Source of the DNA: Cyanobacterium stanieri LEGE 03274
GTDB lineage: Bacteria; Cyanobacteriota; Cyanobacteriia; Cyanobacteriales; Cyanobacteriaceae
NCBI RefSeq assembly: GCF_015207825.1
Contig: NZ_JADEWC010000004.1
Location: forward strand, 116,155 to 156,154
Length of the DNA stretch: 40,000 nucleotides
Direction: 5' to 3'
Positions 1-10,324 of this stretch are shown piece by piece. The notes below the pieces were generated by a model. That model did not search any database, had not been told where the DNA came from, and saw only the letters and a program-made list of their open reading frames with translations. A program made the translations under genes and the position numbers. Every line of letters starts with the position of its first letter. Positions within the stretch are counted from its first letter, which is position 1.

Positions 1-60
1 ACATTATAACACCTATTTCCACCATTGGTGTTTTTTACAAAGGCATTTTTTCTTGAGATT

Positions 61-1698
61 CTAGTTACTATTTTTAGTCTTTTTTTCTTGGGATAAAATA
101 ACAAAGGTTAAACTCGCACAAATAACCAATAATCCAAAAGAAGCGGCTGCGGCCGAAGCAAATCGAGCATCATTGGTGGATTCCCAAATTTCTACAGCTA
201 GGGTTTTAAAGCCAATGGGGGATAATAAGATGGTGGCGGGTAGTTCTTTGATAGCGGTAACAAAAACTAAGACTGCACCGCTGGTAATGCCAGGACGTAC
301 GAGGGGTAAGGTAACTTCTTTGAGGGTTTGCCAGGGGCTACGACCGAGAATACGGGCGGATTCTTCTAGGGAGGGATTGACTTGTAATAGTGAGCTACGG
401 TTTGTGCCAACGGATTGGGGCAAGAATAGGACGATATAGGCAAAAACTAACATGGGCATGGTTTGATAAATCCATGGTAAGTAGTTAGCTCCGAAAAATA
501 CGAGGGATAGGGCAACTACGATACCCGGTAATCCATAGCCTAGGTAAGTTCCCCTTTCAATTAAAATACTTAATTTGCTGGGAAATCTGACGGAAAGAAT
601 GGCTACGGGGAGGGCTAGGAGGGTGGCAAAAATGGCGGCTAGACTTGATGCCCAAGCGGAGTTACGGGCAAAGATGAGCATATTTTGTAGGGTGGCGATC
701 GCCTCTGAGCTTCGGGTTAACCAAAGAATAATTACCCCAACGGGTAGTACCACGGAAAAAAAGGAAATTAGACAACAAAAGGCGATCGCCGGTAGTTTCC
801 ATTTACCTAGGGGAATTAAGGTAGCTTTATTAATGGCTCCCGAACCACGGGAATAGTAGTTAGCATTGGTTCTAACTTTCTGCTCGATAAATAAAATACA
901 TAATACTAAAATCACCAACACCATGGCTAAGGAAGCGGCCAAACTACGATTAAAACTAGAACGATATTGGGTAAAAATAGCAAGGGTAAAGGAATTAAAC
1001 CGCATTAACGCTGGTGTGCCAAAATCCTGAAGGGCGTAGAGTGACACCAATAATGACCCTGCTACAATAGAGGGGCGTAATAGGGGTAAGGTGACCTTAA
1101 AAAAGATGCTCCAAGGGTTATAGCCTAAACTACGGGCTGATTCTTCTAGGGCAGGATCTAAGCCTTGTAATCCTGCTCTGACGCTTAATAATAAATAGGG
1201 ATAGGAGAAAAGAGTTATGGCGGCAATGGTGCCAGTCCAACCATAAATAGAGGGTAATCTTTCTACCCCAAAGGGTTCGAGCCATGATTGTAGAAGACTG
1301 CCCCGAGGGCCAAAGGTAGCAATGAGGGCAAAACTACCTACATAGGTGGGAATGGCTAGGGGTAAGGTACTAACCACCGACCAAAATTTACGCCATGGTA
1401 AATCAGTTCTGACGGTCAAAAAAGCGTAGGGAATGGCGATTAAAGAGGCGATCGCCGTTGAGGCGGCAGCCATACCAATACTGTTAAGTAAAATGGTTAA
1501 GATACGAACATTAAAAATAAAATTAATCAGTTGTTCTAATTCTTCGGTTGAGGAAACACTTCCCGCCCGAATCATCAAATAAATTAAGGGAATCATAATG
1601 GCAATGACTGTGATGATTGCCACCCCTAACAAAAATAATGGGGGTTTAATCTTATTCTGTGGTAATGATTGGGTTTGAGAATTAGAACTATGGTTCAT
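61..1698 (-). CDS. Iron(III)-type ABC transporter permease, fused double permease (FutB/FbpB-like)
   Basis: Long, highly hydrophobic ORF with about 12 TM segments. It has two internal copies of the binding-protein-dependent permease loop (EESARSLGYNPWSIFFKVTLPLL and EESARILGRSPWQTLKEVTLPLV). It lies next to an iron-type substrate-binding protein gene. The ORF-track start at 1707 is TTG; the first ATG is at 1698. Confidence 0.85.
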   Translation of the reverse strand: MNHSSNSQTQSLPQNKIKPPLFLLGVAIITVIAIMIPLIYLMIRAGSVSSTEELEQLINFIFNVRILTILLNSIGMAAASTAIASLIAIPYAFLTVRTDLPWRKFWSVVSTLPLAIPTYVGSFALIATFGPRGSLLQSWLEPFGVERLPSIYGWTGTIAAITLFSYPYLLLSVRAGLQGLDPALEESARSLGYNPWSIFFKVTLPLLRPSIVAGSLLVSLYALQDFGTPALMRFNSFTLAIFTQYRSSFNRSLAASLAMVLVILVLCILFIEQKVRTNANYYSRGSGAINKATLIPLGKWKLPAIAFCCLISFFSVVLPVGVIILWLTRSSEAIATLQNMLIFARNSAWASSLAAIFATLLALPVAILSVRFPSKLSILIERGTYLGYGLPGIVVALSLVFFGANYLPWIYQTMPMLVFAYIVLFLPQSVGTNRSSLLQVNPSLEESARILGRSPWQTLKEVTLPLVRPGITSGAVLVFVTAIKELPATILLSPIGFKTLAVEIWESTNDARFASAAAASFGLLVICASLTFVILSQEKKTKNSN

Positions 1699-1734
1699 GG
1701 TAATCAATATGAGACTTAGTCAATGGGGTGAGTT

Positions 1735-1912
1735 AGTGTAATTACTTACAGGCAAGTCACCAATAATCTTAGTTCGCTCAATGAACTATAAATTTAATTT
1801 AAAGATAATTTTTAGCTTTGTAATACTAAATCTGATTAGTAAAGTTTATCATCACCTACTGTGGAATAAGTTGCAGTTGTTAAGAATTATCTTCAATGAG
1901 TTTATTTGTTAA
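1735..1912 (+). repeat. Degenerate ~1.3 units of the long-form family-A repeat in the permease / binding-protein gene spacer
   Basis: AAATCTGATTAGTAAAGTTTATCATCACCTA-CTGTGGAATAAGTTGCAG-..CTTCAATGAG.. aligns with the 137-bp unit at 13901-14174. The upstream part (1735-1830) aligns with the inter-hairpin linker, with indels. Confidence 0.6.
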
Positions 1913-2053
1913 GAAAATTTTGATTATTTATCGGACAAACCTTGGGTTTTTTAGCACACCATAAAAAAATGGGTAGGGCATTAAAATAAGTTAATTACCA
2001 CTACCCATTATTAGTAGTTAATAAAAGGTTATCTTGTACGATTTTCCTTCAAA

Positions 2054-3124
2054 TTATTGAATTGCTCCTACTTCCCGCAGTAAGTTAAGAGTGCCTTCCA
2101 AGTCATCTAAGTTACTCAAATCAATGGCAGGGGGGTTGATTTCGGCAATGGAAATTTGATCTTGGGGAGGTGCTACCCCTTCTAGTAAAGGATATTCGTT
2201 GGTGGTTTCGGAAAAATAAGTTTGAGATTCTTCCGTTAATAAAAAGTCAATAAGGGCGATCGCCGCGGGTTCACTATCGGTGGCATCAAGAATAGAAACC
2301 CCTGCCACATTAATCATTGAACCAACATCCCCTCCCGTATAGTGATGAGCCACTGGAAAATCAGGATCTTCAGCGGTAAAACGACCTAAATAATAATTAT
2401 TTACCAAACCAATATCCGCTTCTCCTCGTCCCACAGCTTCCACCGTAGTAGTATTATTAGGATAAACTTGAGCATTATTATCAATAAGACCTTGTAACCA
2501 TTCCCTAGTTCTATCATCTCCCTCCGTAACACGCATCGCCGTTACAAAAGACTGAAAAGAACCATTGGTAGGCGCCCAAGCAACTCTACCGCTCCATTGC
2601 TCCTCGGTTAATTCCCAGATAGTCTCAGGTAGCTCAGTTTCTTCTACCTCATTGACATTATAAGCAAGGGTACGCGCTCGGCCAGAAATACCAACCCATT
2701 GCCCCTCAGGGGAACGAAAACGAGAATCTACCCGCCCCAATAGGTTTTCGGGAATAGCTTTGGTTCTTCCCTCTTTCTGTAGCGCCCCTAAAGCACCAGC
2801 ATCTTGCCCAAAATAAACATCTGCCGGGGTGTTTTCCCCTTCTTCTAAAATGGCCGCCGCTAATTCTGCTGTATCACCGTAGCGCACCTCTACGGTTACT
2901 CCTGTTTCTTCTTCAAATCTTTCTAGCAAGGGGCCGATTAATTCTTCATTTCTACCAGAATAAATGGTTAATTCTTGCCCTGTTAAATCAACGGCCTCTC
3001 CTGTGGTATCTGGAGTGATGGTGGTTTCTCCTCCGCTATCATTGGTAGGAGCATTACAAGCAATGGTTAGGCTACTTGATGCAAGGGCTATGCCTATAAA
3101 ACTTAATATTTTTCTTCTTTTCAT
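2054..3124 (-). CDS. Iron(III) ABC transporter periplasmic substrate-binding protein (FbpA/FutA-type), probable lipoprotein
   Basis: 356-aa ORF with an N-terminal signal peptide ending ..LTIAC (Cys23). The body is typical of family-1 Fe3+ binding proteins (IYSGRNEELIGPLLERFEEETGV, VYFGQDAGALGAL). It is co-directional with the permease gene. Confidence 0.8.
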   Translation of the reverse strand: MKRRKILSFIGIALASSSLTIACNAPTNDSGGETTITPDTTGEAVDLTGQELTIYSGRNEELIGPLLERFEEETGVTVEVRYGDTAELAAAILEEGENTPADVYFGQDAGALGALQKEGRTKAIPENLLGRVDSRFRSPEGQWVGISGRARTLAYNVNEVEETELPETIWELTEEQWSGRVAWAPTNGSFQSFVTAMRVTEGDDRTREWLQGLIDNNAQVYPNNTTTVEAVGRGEADIGLVNNYYLGRFTAEDPDFPVAHHYTGGDVGSMINVAGVSILDATDSEPAAIALIDFLLTEESQTYFSETTNEYPLLEGVAPPQDQISIAEINPPAIDLSNLDDLEGTLNLLREVGAIQ

Positions 3125-3226
3125 TTTCTATATTATTTATTAATAAATATTCTTAATTATCCTGTTATAGAGTATCCTAGAATACAAAGATTTGTCAAAC
3201 TTAACGCTAATTTATGGCAAGTAATA

Positions 3227-4510
3227 TTAATTTTCAGTCATGGAGATGTTTTTAGGTAAAGAAATTTGAAACCAAGCCCCTTGAGTGGTGGGGTGATTTT
3301 GAGCTTTAATAGAGCCTCCATGGGCATTGATAATTTGCTTAACAATACTTAAACCAAGTCCGCTTCCTTCCCTTGATGTTCTTGCCCTCGATTTATCACC
3401 TCGATAAAGTCTTTCAAAAATATGGGGTAAATCTTTGGGGTTAAAGCCATTTCCATTGTCTATAACATCAATGATAATTTGAGATTTATTTTCCTTGGAT
3501 TGTGTGACATTCACGGTAATTAAACCATCACAATCGGTGTGTTTTATACTATTATCAAAAAGATTAACAAATACCTGAGTTAAACAGTTTAAATCAGCGC
3601 CAATAAGTATATTTTCTAATCCTTGATATTCTAAAGAAATCTGTTCCTGTTCAGCTAAAATAGCTAAGGATTGCCATGCAGAAATAATTAATTGTTGTAG
3701 ATCTAGTTTTTGCCATTGTAAATTAGTGTAAGGATTACCATCTAATTGAGCTATTTTTAACCAATTTTCTACTAAGTTAATTAGGCGGTTAATTTCTTGA
3801 TATATTTGTTCTGCCCACATTTTATTTTTATTGTCATTATGTTTAATGAGGGTTTGGGCTAACAATGACATGGATGTTAGGGGGGTTCTTAGTTCATGGC
3901 TTAAATCGGTGTAGGCTTGATCTCTTTTATGGGATAAATCTTTAATTACTTGTCTATTTTCAATGATAATAATTACTTGATCGTTGATCACAGGAAGGGC
4001 GATCGCCTTTAGAAAAATAGGCTCATAACTTTCAATATCATCATTAACATTGGTATCATCCAAAATATAATTAGAAGTAGGAAAAAAATCCCATTTAATG
4101 CTTAATTTATAACCTGTTTTCCTTGCCTGTTGAATTAATTGATCTAACTCATAAGAACGAACTAATTCTAAAAAAAATCTTGATTTTTTAGGATTCCAAC
4201 GTTGAATAGAAAGTATTTTTTTTGCCTGAGTATTACATTCAATTAAATGATTATCCGCATCAATTCTTAAATAACCAAAAGGAACGGTATTAAGAATATG
4301 TTTAAATAAATCTCGTTCAGCCAACAAGAGATTATAATCTTCATTAAGTAAATTAACACTTCTTCTCACCTGACTAATTTTAGAAAGAGAAGGTATTTGT
4401 TCAAAATTAGAAAGAGAATGCAAAACATTATTTAATTGTTTATTAATCTGTCTTTGTTTCCAGAAAAAAAAACCTAACCCGATTACTAAACCAAAGATAA
4501 ACTGAATCAT
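3227..4510 (-). CDS. Membrane-anchored sensor histidine kinase (PhoR/SphS-like)
   Basis: N-terminal TM segment, a PAS-like middle region, H-box SHELRTPLTSM, N-box NLFDNSIKH, G1 DNGNGF and G2 GSGLGLSI. There is no adjacent response regulator. The SphS assignment is only a resemblance. Confidence 0.85.
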   Translation of the reverse strand: MIQFIFGLVIGLGFFFWKQRQINKQLNNVLHSLSNFEQIPSLSKISQVRRSVNLLNEDYNLLLAERDLFKHILNTVPFGYLRIDADNHLIECNTQAKKILSIQRWNPKKSRFFLELVRSYELDQLIQQARKTGYKLSIKWDFFPTSNYILDDTNVNDDIESYEPIFLKAIALPVINDQVIIIIENRQVIKDLSHKRDQAYTDLSHELRTPLTSMSLLAQTLIKHNDNKNKMWAEQIYQEINRLINLVENWLKIAQLDGNPYTNLQWQKLDLQQLIISAWQSLAILAEQEQISLEYQGLENILIGADLNCLTQVFVNLFDNSIKHTDCDGLITVNVTQSKENKSQIIIDVIDNGNGFNPKDLPHIFERLYRGDKSRARTSREGSGLGLSIVKQIINAHGGSIKAQNHPTTQGAWFQISLPKNISMTEN

Positions 4511-4832
4511 GTAAATGATTGAAAAGACAAAAAATAGATATACATTAATCCTAAACCATCTACTAACTAAAATAAGCCCTCAGTGAATTATAAAAACAAA
4601 TTCATCTTGAGATAATAAACTGTAGGCAAAAGATAATAATTAAGGTGCGCTGTTATTTCCTCAATATCTGAGAGCTACTTTAGACTGATTCAGCAAACCT
4701 TGACTTAGTTTTTTCCCTAACACTCATACTAGAACATTGACCACTTTCCCGATTAATAAGATGATTTGCCATTACCTCAGGTAATTTTGGTCAAACTACT
4801 TATTGAATGAGAGTCTTACACCAAATAAATTT

Positions 4833-5921
4833 TTATAAACCCTCAATGGCAGGATGATAAAAGAAAGCAAGGGCAACCACCGCATAAGTAGCCAACAGTA
4901 GCGCACCCTCCAACCAATTGGAATTACCATCAGAACTAATAGAATTGGCAATTAATACCGCCACCATCACCGCCACCAACTCAAAAGGATTAAAATTCAA
5001 ATCCATGGGTTGTCCCATAAACCATCCTGCAATTACCAATACAGGGGCAACAAACAAGGCGATTTGTAAACTAGAACCCAAAGCCACCGATACAGATAAA
5101 TCCATTTTATCCTTCATAGCAACCGTTACCGCCGTAGCGTGTTCCGCCGCATTACCAATAATGGGTAAAAAAATCACCCCTGTAAACAAAGTGGGTAAAC
5201 CCAAATCTTCCGTAGCCATTTCCAAGGATTCAACCAATAATTCCGACTCGATCGCCACTCCCACGGTTACAATAAATAAAACTCCTACCCATAACCACAA
5301 ATTAGGTTGATAGGCTTCTTGTCCTTCCTCCTCATTCTCTGCGATACCTACATCATAGAGATAGGAATGGGTTTTCATGGAAAAAAGTAGTGTGAGTAAA
5401 TACACAAGAACTAAGACTACTGCCACCGCAACGGATAATTTTTGTAGGGTAATCGATTCTATACCCGTCGATGTATATTGCACCGCCGTAGGTAATAAAA
5501 TAGCAATGACCGCTAAATTCATCACCGAAGCATTAAGACGGGCGGTGGTGGGTTGGAAATTTTGTTCTTTAAAACGTAAACCACCCAACAACATGGAAAA
5601 ACCCATTACCAACAACAAGTTACCAATAATAGAACCTGTTAGGGTTGCTTTAACCACAGCCACTAAACCACTTTTAAGGGCAATAAAAGCCAAAATTAAT
5701 TCCGTGGCATTACCAAAAGTAGCGTTGAGTAATCCTCCCAAATTAGGCCCTACCACCACGGCGATTTCTTCCGTAGCTTCCCCCATGAAAGCAGCGAGGG
5801 GGATAATGGCCAAGGCCGCCGTAACGAAAATCAAAGTTTCGCTCCAATGGAGATAATGGCCAGCGATGGAGATGGGAATAAAAATTAAAAGAGTACCGAA
5901 TATCAGATTTTTTGTATTCAT
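4833..5921 (-). CDS. Ca2+/H+ exchanger (CAX family)
   Basis: 362-aa polytopic membrane protein with the two CAX signature repeats GNATELI (FGNATELILAF) and GNAAEH (IGNAAEHATAV). Confidence 0.9.
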   Translation of the reverse strand: MNTKNLIFGTLLIFIPISIAGHYLHWSETLIFVTAALAIIPLAAFMGEATEEIAVVVGPNLGGLLNATFGNATELILAFIALKSGLVAVVKATLTGSIIGNLLLVMGFSMLLGGLRFKEQNFQPTTARLNASVMNLAVIAILLPTAVQYTSTGIESITLQKLSVAVAVVLVLVYLLTLLFSMKTHSYLYDVGIAENEEEGQEAYQPNLWLWVGVLFIVTVGVAIESELLVESLEMATEDLGLPTLFTGVIFLPIIGNAAEHATAVTVAMKDKMDLSVSVALGSSLQIALFVAPVLVIAGWFMGQPMDLNFNPFELVAVMVAVLIANSISSDGNSNWLEGALLLATYAVVALAFFYHPAIEGL

Positions 5922-6078
5922 GGTTCTGTTAAGTCATATCCATGAAATGATAGTCCTTTTTTGCTAAAAAATGTCAGAAAATTATTCTTTGCTTTATGTT
6001 TCCATGGTCAAGGGCGAATGTACGATAAAATATAGCTTTGAATAAGAAAGATCCTTGAAATTGCTATATTAATTATTA

Positions 6079-8118
6079 ATGCCAACTTTAACTACTAAAG
6101 ATATAAATTTTCCTTTAACGGCAGTTATTGGACAACAGGCTATTAAAACAGCCCTGCTTTTGGCTGCAGTAGATCCTACTTTGGGAGGAGTGGCGATCGC
6201 AGGTAAACGAGGTACAGCCAAATCGGTTATGGCAAGGGGAGTCCATGCCCTTTTGCCCCCCATTGAAGTGATCAAAGGCAGTCGTTTTAACTGTGATCCC
6301 GATAACCGAGAGGAATGGGATAACGAAACCCTTGAAAAATACGGTGATACCCCCCGAGAAGAAATCCCCACGGAAGTTATCGCAACGCCCTTTGTGCAAA
6401 TTCCCCTCAATGCCACCGAAGATCGCCTTTTGGGTTCGGTGGATGTGGAAGAGTCCGTAAAACAGGGTGAACCCGTATTTCAACCAGGATTACTCGCCAA
6501 AGCCCATCGAGGGGTTTTATATATTGATGAATTGAATCTCCTTGATGATCAAATTGCTAACCAACTTTTAACGGTGTTAACCGATGGCAGAAACCAGATT
6601 GAAAGGGAGGGGATTAGTTTTTCTCACCCTTGCAAACCCCTGCTAATTGCTACCTACAACCCCGAAGAAGGTACCCTGAGAGAACATTTACTAGACCGCA
6701 TTGCGATCGCCCTTAGTGCTGACGGAGTATTGGCATTAGATGAAAGAGTTCAAGCAGTAGATCAAGTAATCGATTATGCTTCTTCTCCTGTCAAATTCCT
6801 GCAACAGTATGACGAAGACATGGACGCTTTGCGCACGGAAATCATCTTGGCAAGGGAATGGATTAAAGAAGTAAAAATCAGCACCGAACAAGTTAAATAC
6901 CTTGTTCAAGAAGCCGTCAGGGGGGTTGTAGAAGGACATAGAGCCGAAATATTTGCCGTCAGGGTAGCCATGGCAGCCGCCGCCCTCGAAGGAAGAAATA
7001 CCGTTAGTGCCGATGATCTGCGTAAAGCTGTAGAATTGGTCATTGTACCCCGTTCTACCATGGTACAACAACAACCCCCTGAAGATCAGATGCAACCCCC
7101 ACCGCCACCACCACCCCAACCCCAAGATCAAGGGGATGAAGGAGAAGAAGAGCAAGAAGACAATCAAGATCAAGAGGAAGAAAAAGACAAAGAAGATAAT
7201 CAAGACGAACAGGAAGCCCCCCAAATTCCCGAAGAGTTCGTTTTTGATGTGGAGGGAGTAATTTTAGATCCCAGTGTGCTTTATTTTGCCCAACAGATGC
7301 AAAGACAAGGGAAATCGGGTGCTCGTAATATGATTTTTTCCGATGACAGAGGGCGCTATATTAAACCCATGCTACCTAAAGGCAAAGTAAGACGCATCGC
7401 CGTAGATGCTACCCTCAGAGCCTCTGCACCCTACCAAAAAAGTCGCCGTGAACGCTACCCTGACCGCCGTGTCATCGTGGAACAGAGCGATTTGAGGTCA
7501 AAACGTCTGGCGAGAAAAGCAGGGGCTTTAATCGTCTTTGTGGTGGATGCTTCGGGTTCTATGGCTTTGAATAGAATGCAGTCGGCAAAAGGTGCTGTCA
7601 TGCGTTTACTCACAGAAGCCTACGAAAACCGAGATCAAGTAGCTCTCATTCCCTTCCGAGGAGAACAGGCAGACGTATTGTTACCCCCCACCCGTTCGAT
7701 TACCCTCGCTCGTTTACGCCTTGAAACCCTGCCCTGTGGCGGTGGTTCTCCCCTTTCCCATGCTCTCTCCCAAGCGGTTCATGTGGGGGTAAATGCTCAA
7801 ATGTCTGGGGATATTGGGCAGGTGGTTATTGTGGCGATTACCGATGGACGGGGAAATATTCCCTTGGCTCGTTCTTTGGGGGATGAAATCCCCGAGGGTG
7901 AAAAACCTGATATTAAAGCGGAATTGCTGGAAATTGCGGGTAAAATCCGAGCTATGGGCATGAAGTTGTTGGTCATTGACACGGAGAAAAAGTTTGTTTC
8001 CACTGGCTTCGGCAAGGAGTTGGCAACTACTGCGGGTGGTACTTATTACCAGTTACCTAAAGCAACGGATCAGGCTATTGCAAATATGGCAAAAGGTGCT
8101 ATTTCTGAGATGAAGTAA
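6079..8118 (+). CDS. chlD: Magnesium chelatase subunit D
   Basis: 679 aa. The N-terminal AAA+-like domain resembles ChlI. A Pro-rich then acidic linker follows ([23 protein letters not shown]...). The C-terminal vWA domain carries the MIDAS motif DASGSM. Confidence 0.93.
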   Translation: MPTLTTKDINFPLTAVIGQQAIKTALLLAAVDPTLGGVAIAGKRGTAKSVMARGVHALLPPIEVIKGSRFNCDPDNREEWDNETLEKYGDTPREEIPTEVIATPFVQIPLNATEDRLLGSVDVEESVKQGEPVFQPGLLAKAHRGVLYIDELNLLDDQIANQLLTVLTDGRNQIEREGISFSHPCKPLLIATYNPEEGTLREHLLDRIAIALSADGVLALDERVQAVDQVIDYASSPVKFLQQYDEDMDALRTEIILAREWIKEVKISTEQVKYLVQEAVRGVVEGHRAEIFAVRVAMAAAALEGRNTVSADDLRKAVELVIVPRSTMVQQQPPEDQMQPPPPPPPQPQDQGDEGEEEQEDNQDQEEEKDKEDNQDEQEAPQIPEEFVFDVEGVILDPSVLYFAQQMQRQGKSGARNMIFSDDRGRYIKPMLPKGKVRRIAVDATLRASAPYQKSRRERYPDRRVIVEQSDLRSKRLARKAGALIVFVVDASGSMALNRMQSAKGAVMRLLTEAYENRDQVALIPFRGEQADVLLPPTRSITLARLRLETLPCGGGSPLSHALSQAVHVGVNAQMSGDIGQVVIVAITDGRGNIPLARSLGDEIPEGEKPDIKAELLEIAGKIRAMGMKLLVIDTEKKFVSTGFGKELATTAGGTYYQLPKATDQAIANMAKGAISEMK

Positions 8119-8129
8119 TGAATAAAAAA

Positions 8130-8156
8130 GGTGGATAATATCACTCTTATCCACCA
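8130..8156. terminator. Perfect 9-bp stem-loop just after chlD; possible terminator or insulator
   Basis: GGTGGATAA-tatcactct-TTATCCACC. An A-run precedes it and no T-run follows on the + strand, so it is not a canonical + strand intrinsic terminator. Confidence 0.4.
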
Positions 8157-8183
8157 ATAATAGCCTATAGTGAATCAAGTGAA

Positions 8184-9089
8184 ATGACGAATATAATTGA
8201 CCAAAAAGTTATCGAAAATAGAAGACATTGGGTTAATAAGATAAAAAATTGTAGAGGTAATTTTGCCGAAGAAGCACAAAAGATTGAAAATCAACTAAAA
8301 GAGGAAATAAAACAAGGAGGGGTTAATAGTTTAATTGCCCACTTGAGACTTTGTGGTAATATCCCAGAATGTTATGGTCACGATTCTAGTGAAGAAAAAT
8401 TATACTCAAAATATACTGATATTCTACTATCTTTGAGTTATGAAGCAATGGGCTTTAAAAGTTTGGTTTTTACAGAAAGAAGTGATAGTGCTGATGTAGA
8501 GATATTTGCCCCTAATTTTAGCTTCATTGCTGATGCAAAGGCTTTTCGGTTAAGTCGAACAGCTAAAAATCAGAAAGATTTTAAGATACAAGCCATGGAT
8601 AATTGGAAAAGGGGCAAACCCTACGCAATGGTAGTATGTCCTATCTATCAACTACCCAGTCGCTCCAGTCAAATTTATCAACAAGGAATTACCAGAAATG
8701 TTTGTATTTTTAGCTATTCTCATTTAGCATTATTATTAAATTTTTTTACAATAAAAAACAATATCGTTACTGAAGATATTATCCAACAAATTTTTGAAGT
8801 TATATCAGTGTTAAATCCATCTAAAAATGCTTTAGATTATTGGTTCGCATTGAATAGAACAATATTAAATTTATCTGAAGAAATAGAGGACTTATGGAAA
8901 ACTGAAAAACAAGCATTAATAGAGTCAACGAAAATTGCAAAGGAAGAAGCGTTATATTTTTTAGCCTTGGAAAGAGAAAATATTATGAGAATGAGTCATG
9001 ATGAACCAATTAAAGAACTAATCAAATTAAATAAAATTGATAGTCGAATGGAAAAAATCAAATCTATCAGTGAAAACGGTTTATTTTAG
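8184..9089 (+). CDS. Type II restriction endonuclease, HindIII family (PD-(D/E)XK)
   Basis: 301 aa, about the length of R.HindIII. The segment FIADAKAFRLSRTAKNQKDFKIQAMDNW matches my recollection of the R.HindIII catalytic D-A-K region (..ADAKSFRLSRTAKNQKDFKV..). A DNA methyltransferase gene starts 10 nt downstream. Confidence 0.7.
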   Translation: MTNIIDQKVIENRRHWVNKIKNCRGNFAEEAQKIENQLKEEIKQGGVNSLIAHLRLCGNIPECYGHDSSEEKLYSKYTDILLSLSYEAMGFKSLVFTERSDSADVEIFAPNFSFIADAKAFRLSRTAKNQKDFKIQAMDNWKRGKPYAMVVCPIYQLPSRSSQIYQQGITRNVCIFSYSHLALLLNFFTIKNNIVTEDIIQQIFEVISVLNPSKNALDYWFALNRTILNLSEEIEDLWKTEKQALIESTKIAKEEALYFLALERENIMRMSHDEPIKELIKLNKIDSRMEKIKSISENGLF

Positions 9090-9099
9090 ATTTAATAAT

Positions 9100-9912
9100 A
9101 TGAGTATTACAAAATATCTTAATCAGATTATTCAAGGAAATTGCACTGAAATAATGAAACAATTTGAATCAAACTCTATTGATTTAACTGTAACTTCTCC
9201 ACCTTATGACAATTTAAGAAGCTATAACGGTTATATTTTTCCTTTTGAAGAAATAGCTCAAGAATTATTTAGAATAACGAATAACGGTGGCGTAGTGGTT
9301 TGGGTTTGTGCAGATGCAACTATCAATAAAACTGAAACTGGTACAAGTTTTGAACAAGCTCTTTTTTTTAAAAAAATAGGATTTAATCTTCATGATACGA
9401 TGATCTTTCAAAAACAAAATCCTATCCCCCAAATTTATAGGAAAAGATATAACAACGTATTTGAATATATGTTTGTCTTCAGTAAAGGAGAAGTGAAAAC
9501 CCATAATCCCATTAAAGTAAAATGTTTACACGGAGGATTAGAGTTAAATGGAACTACTTATAAAAACTATTCCAAGGGTAAGCAAAAAAGAGAAAAACTA
9601 GCGAAACCAGTACAAAAAGAAAAAATTAAAGGAAATATTTGGCAATATGTGGTAGGTAAAAAAGCTGAAGATCAAGAGGCAAAAGCGCATCCTGCACCTT
9701 TTCCCTGTGCTTTGGCCAAAGATCACATAATCTCATGGACTAATAAGGGGGATATTGTATTAGATCCAATGTGTGGTAGCGGTACAACTTGTAAGTCTGC
9801 TTATCAACTTGAACGACAATATATTGGTATTGACATTAGTGGGGAATATTGTGATTTAGCAAGAGAAAGAGTCAAAAACTCTAACTTACAATTAAGCTTA
9901 AATTTAGATTAG
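9100..9912 (+). CDS. Beta-class N6-adenine/N4-cytosine DNA methyltransferase (cognate MTase of the R-M pair)
   Basis: Catalytic motif IV TSPPYDNLRSY is near the N-terminus and AdoMet motif I DPMCGSGTT is near the C-terminus, which is the beta-class order. The ORF-track start 9037 overlaps the R gene; the ATG at 9100 (MSITKYLNQ...) is the plausible start. Confidence 0.88.
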   Translation: MSITKYLNQIIQGNCTEIMKQFESNSIDLTVTSPPYDNLRSYNGYIFPFEEIAQELFRITNNGGVVVWVCADATINKTETGTSFEQALFFKKIGFNLHDTMIFQKQNPIPQIYRKRYNNVFEYMFVFSKGEVKTHNPIKVKCLHGGLELNGTTYKNYSKGKQKREKLAKPVQKEKIKGNIWQYVVGKKAEDQEAKAHPAPFPCALAKDHIISWTNKGDIVLDPMCGSGTTCKSAYQLERQYIGIDISGEYCDLARERVKNSNLQLSLNLD

Positions 9913-9992
9913 CAATAAATAATGGCGGAAATGGCGGAAGATCATATAAGAATATAATTGAATTTCCTTAGAAATATTCTGTAAATAGGATT

Positions 9993-10057
9993 TAAAGTGC
10001 GATCGCACTTACAAGATAAGATTGATGTATTTACAGGGTTCGATCGTTCTTATTAAG
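9993..10057 (+). repeat. Left pair of 16-nt HIP1-containing repeats upstream of hicB
   Basis: AGTGCGATCGCACTTA (9996-10011) and GGTTCGATCGTTCTTA (10037-10052), pitch 41 bp. They match the pair at 10550-10605. Confidence 0.8.
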
Positions 10058-10104
10058 CTAATATATAAAAAAAAGAAACGTTATTTGAATCAAGATAAAT
10101 CAAA

Positions 10105-10311
10105 ATGATTGTTAAAGCAATATTAGAGTGGGATGAAGACGCACAATCTTATTCAGCTACTTGTCCTGAATTAAACTATATTTCTTCCTGCGGAGATACA
10201 AAAGAAGAAGCCATCGAAAACCTAAAAGATGCAATTCAATTACTTTTAGAACCAATACCCGAAATTTCATCTAATACGGATATTCATAATCGCATCGAAA
10301 TCTTAGTTTAA
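10105..10311 (+). CDS. hicB: HicB-family antitoxin (short form, UPF0150 fold only)
   Basis: 68 aa. The pattern ..AILEWDEDAQSYSATCPELNYISSCGDTKEEAIENLKDAIQLLLE.. is typical of the HicB N-domain. hicA follows 13 nt downstream. Confidence 0.8.
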   Translation: MIVKAILEWDEDAQSYSATCPELNYISSCGDTKEEAIENLKDAIQLLLEPIPEISSNTDIHNRIEILV

Positions 10312-10324
10312 AAAACAATCAAAA

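Noticed and set aside
28-46. Small hairpin CACC-att-GGTG followed by TTTTTT at the left window edge, a possible terminator.
   Set aside because: The stem is only 4 bp. The T-run is on the plus strand, where no upstream gene is visible in the window. This is too weak to call.
7070-7215. A low-complexity CCA/CCC then GAA/GAT-rich stretch, plus long antisense and alternate-frame ORFs (6736-7224 minus, 7043-7261 plus).
   Set aside because: This is the normal Pro-rich/acidic inter-domain linker of ChlD. The overlapping ORFs encode low-complexity nonsense (poly-K/F) and are frame shadows.
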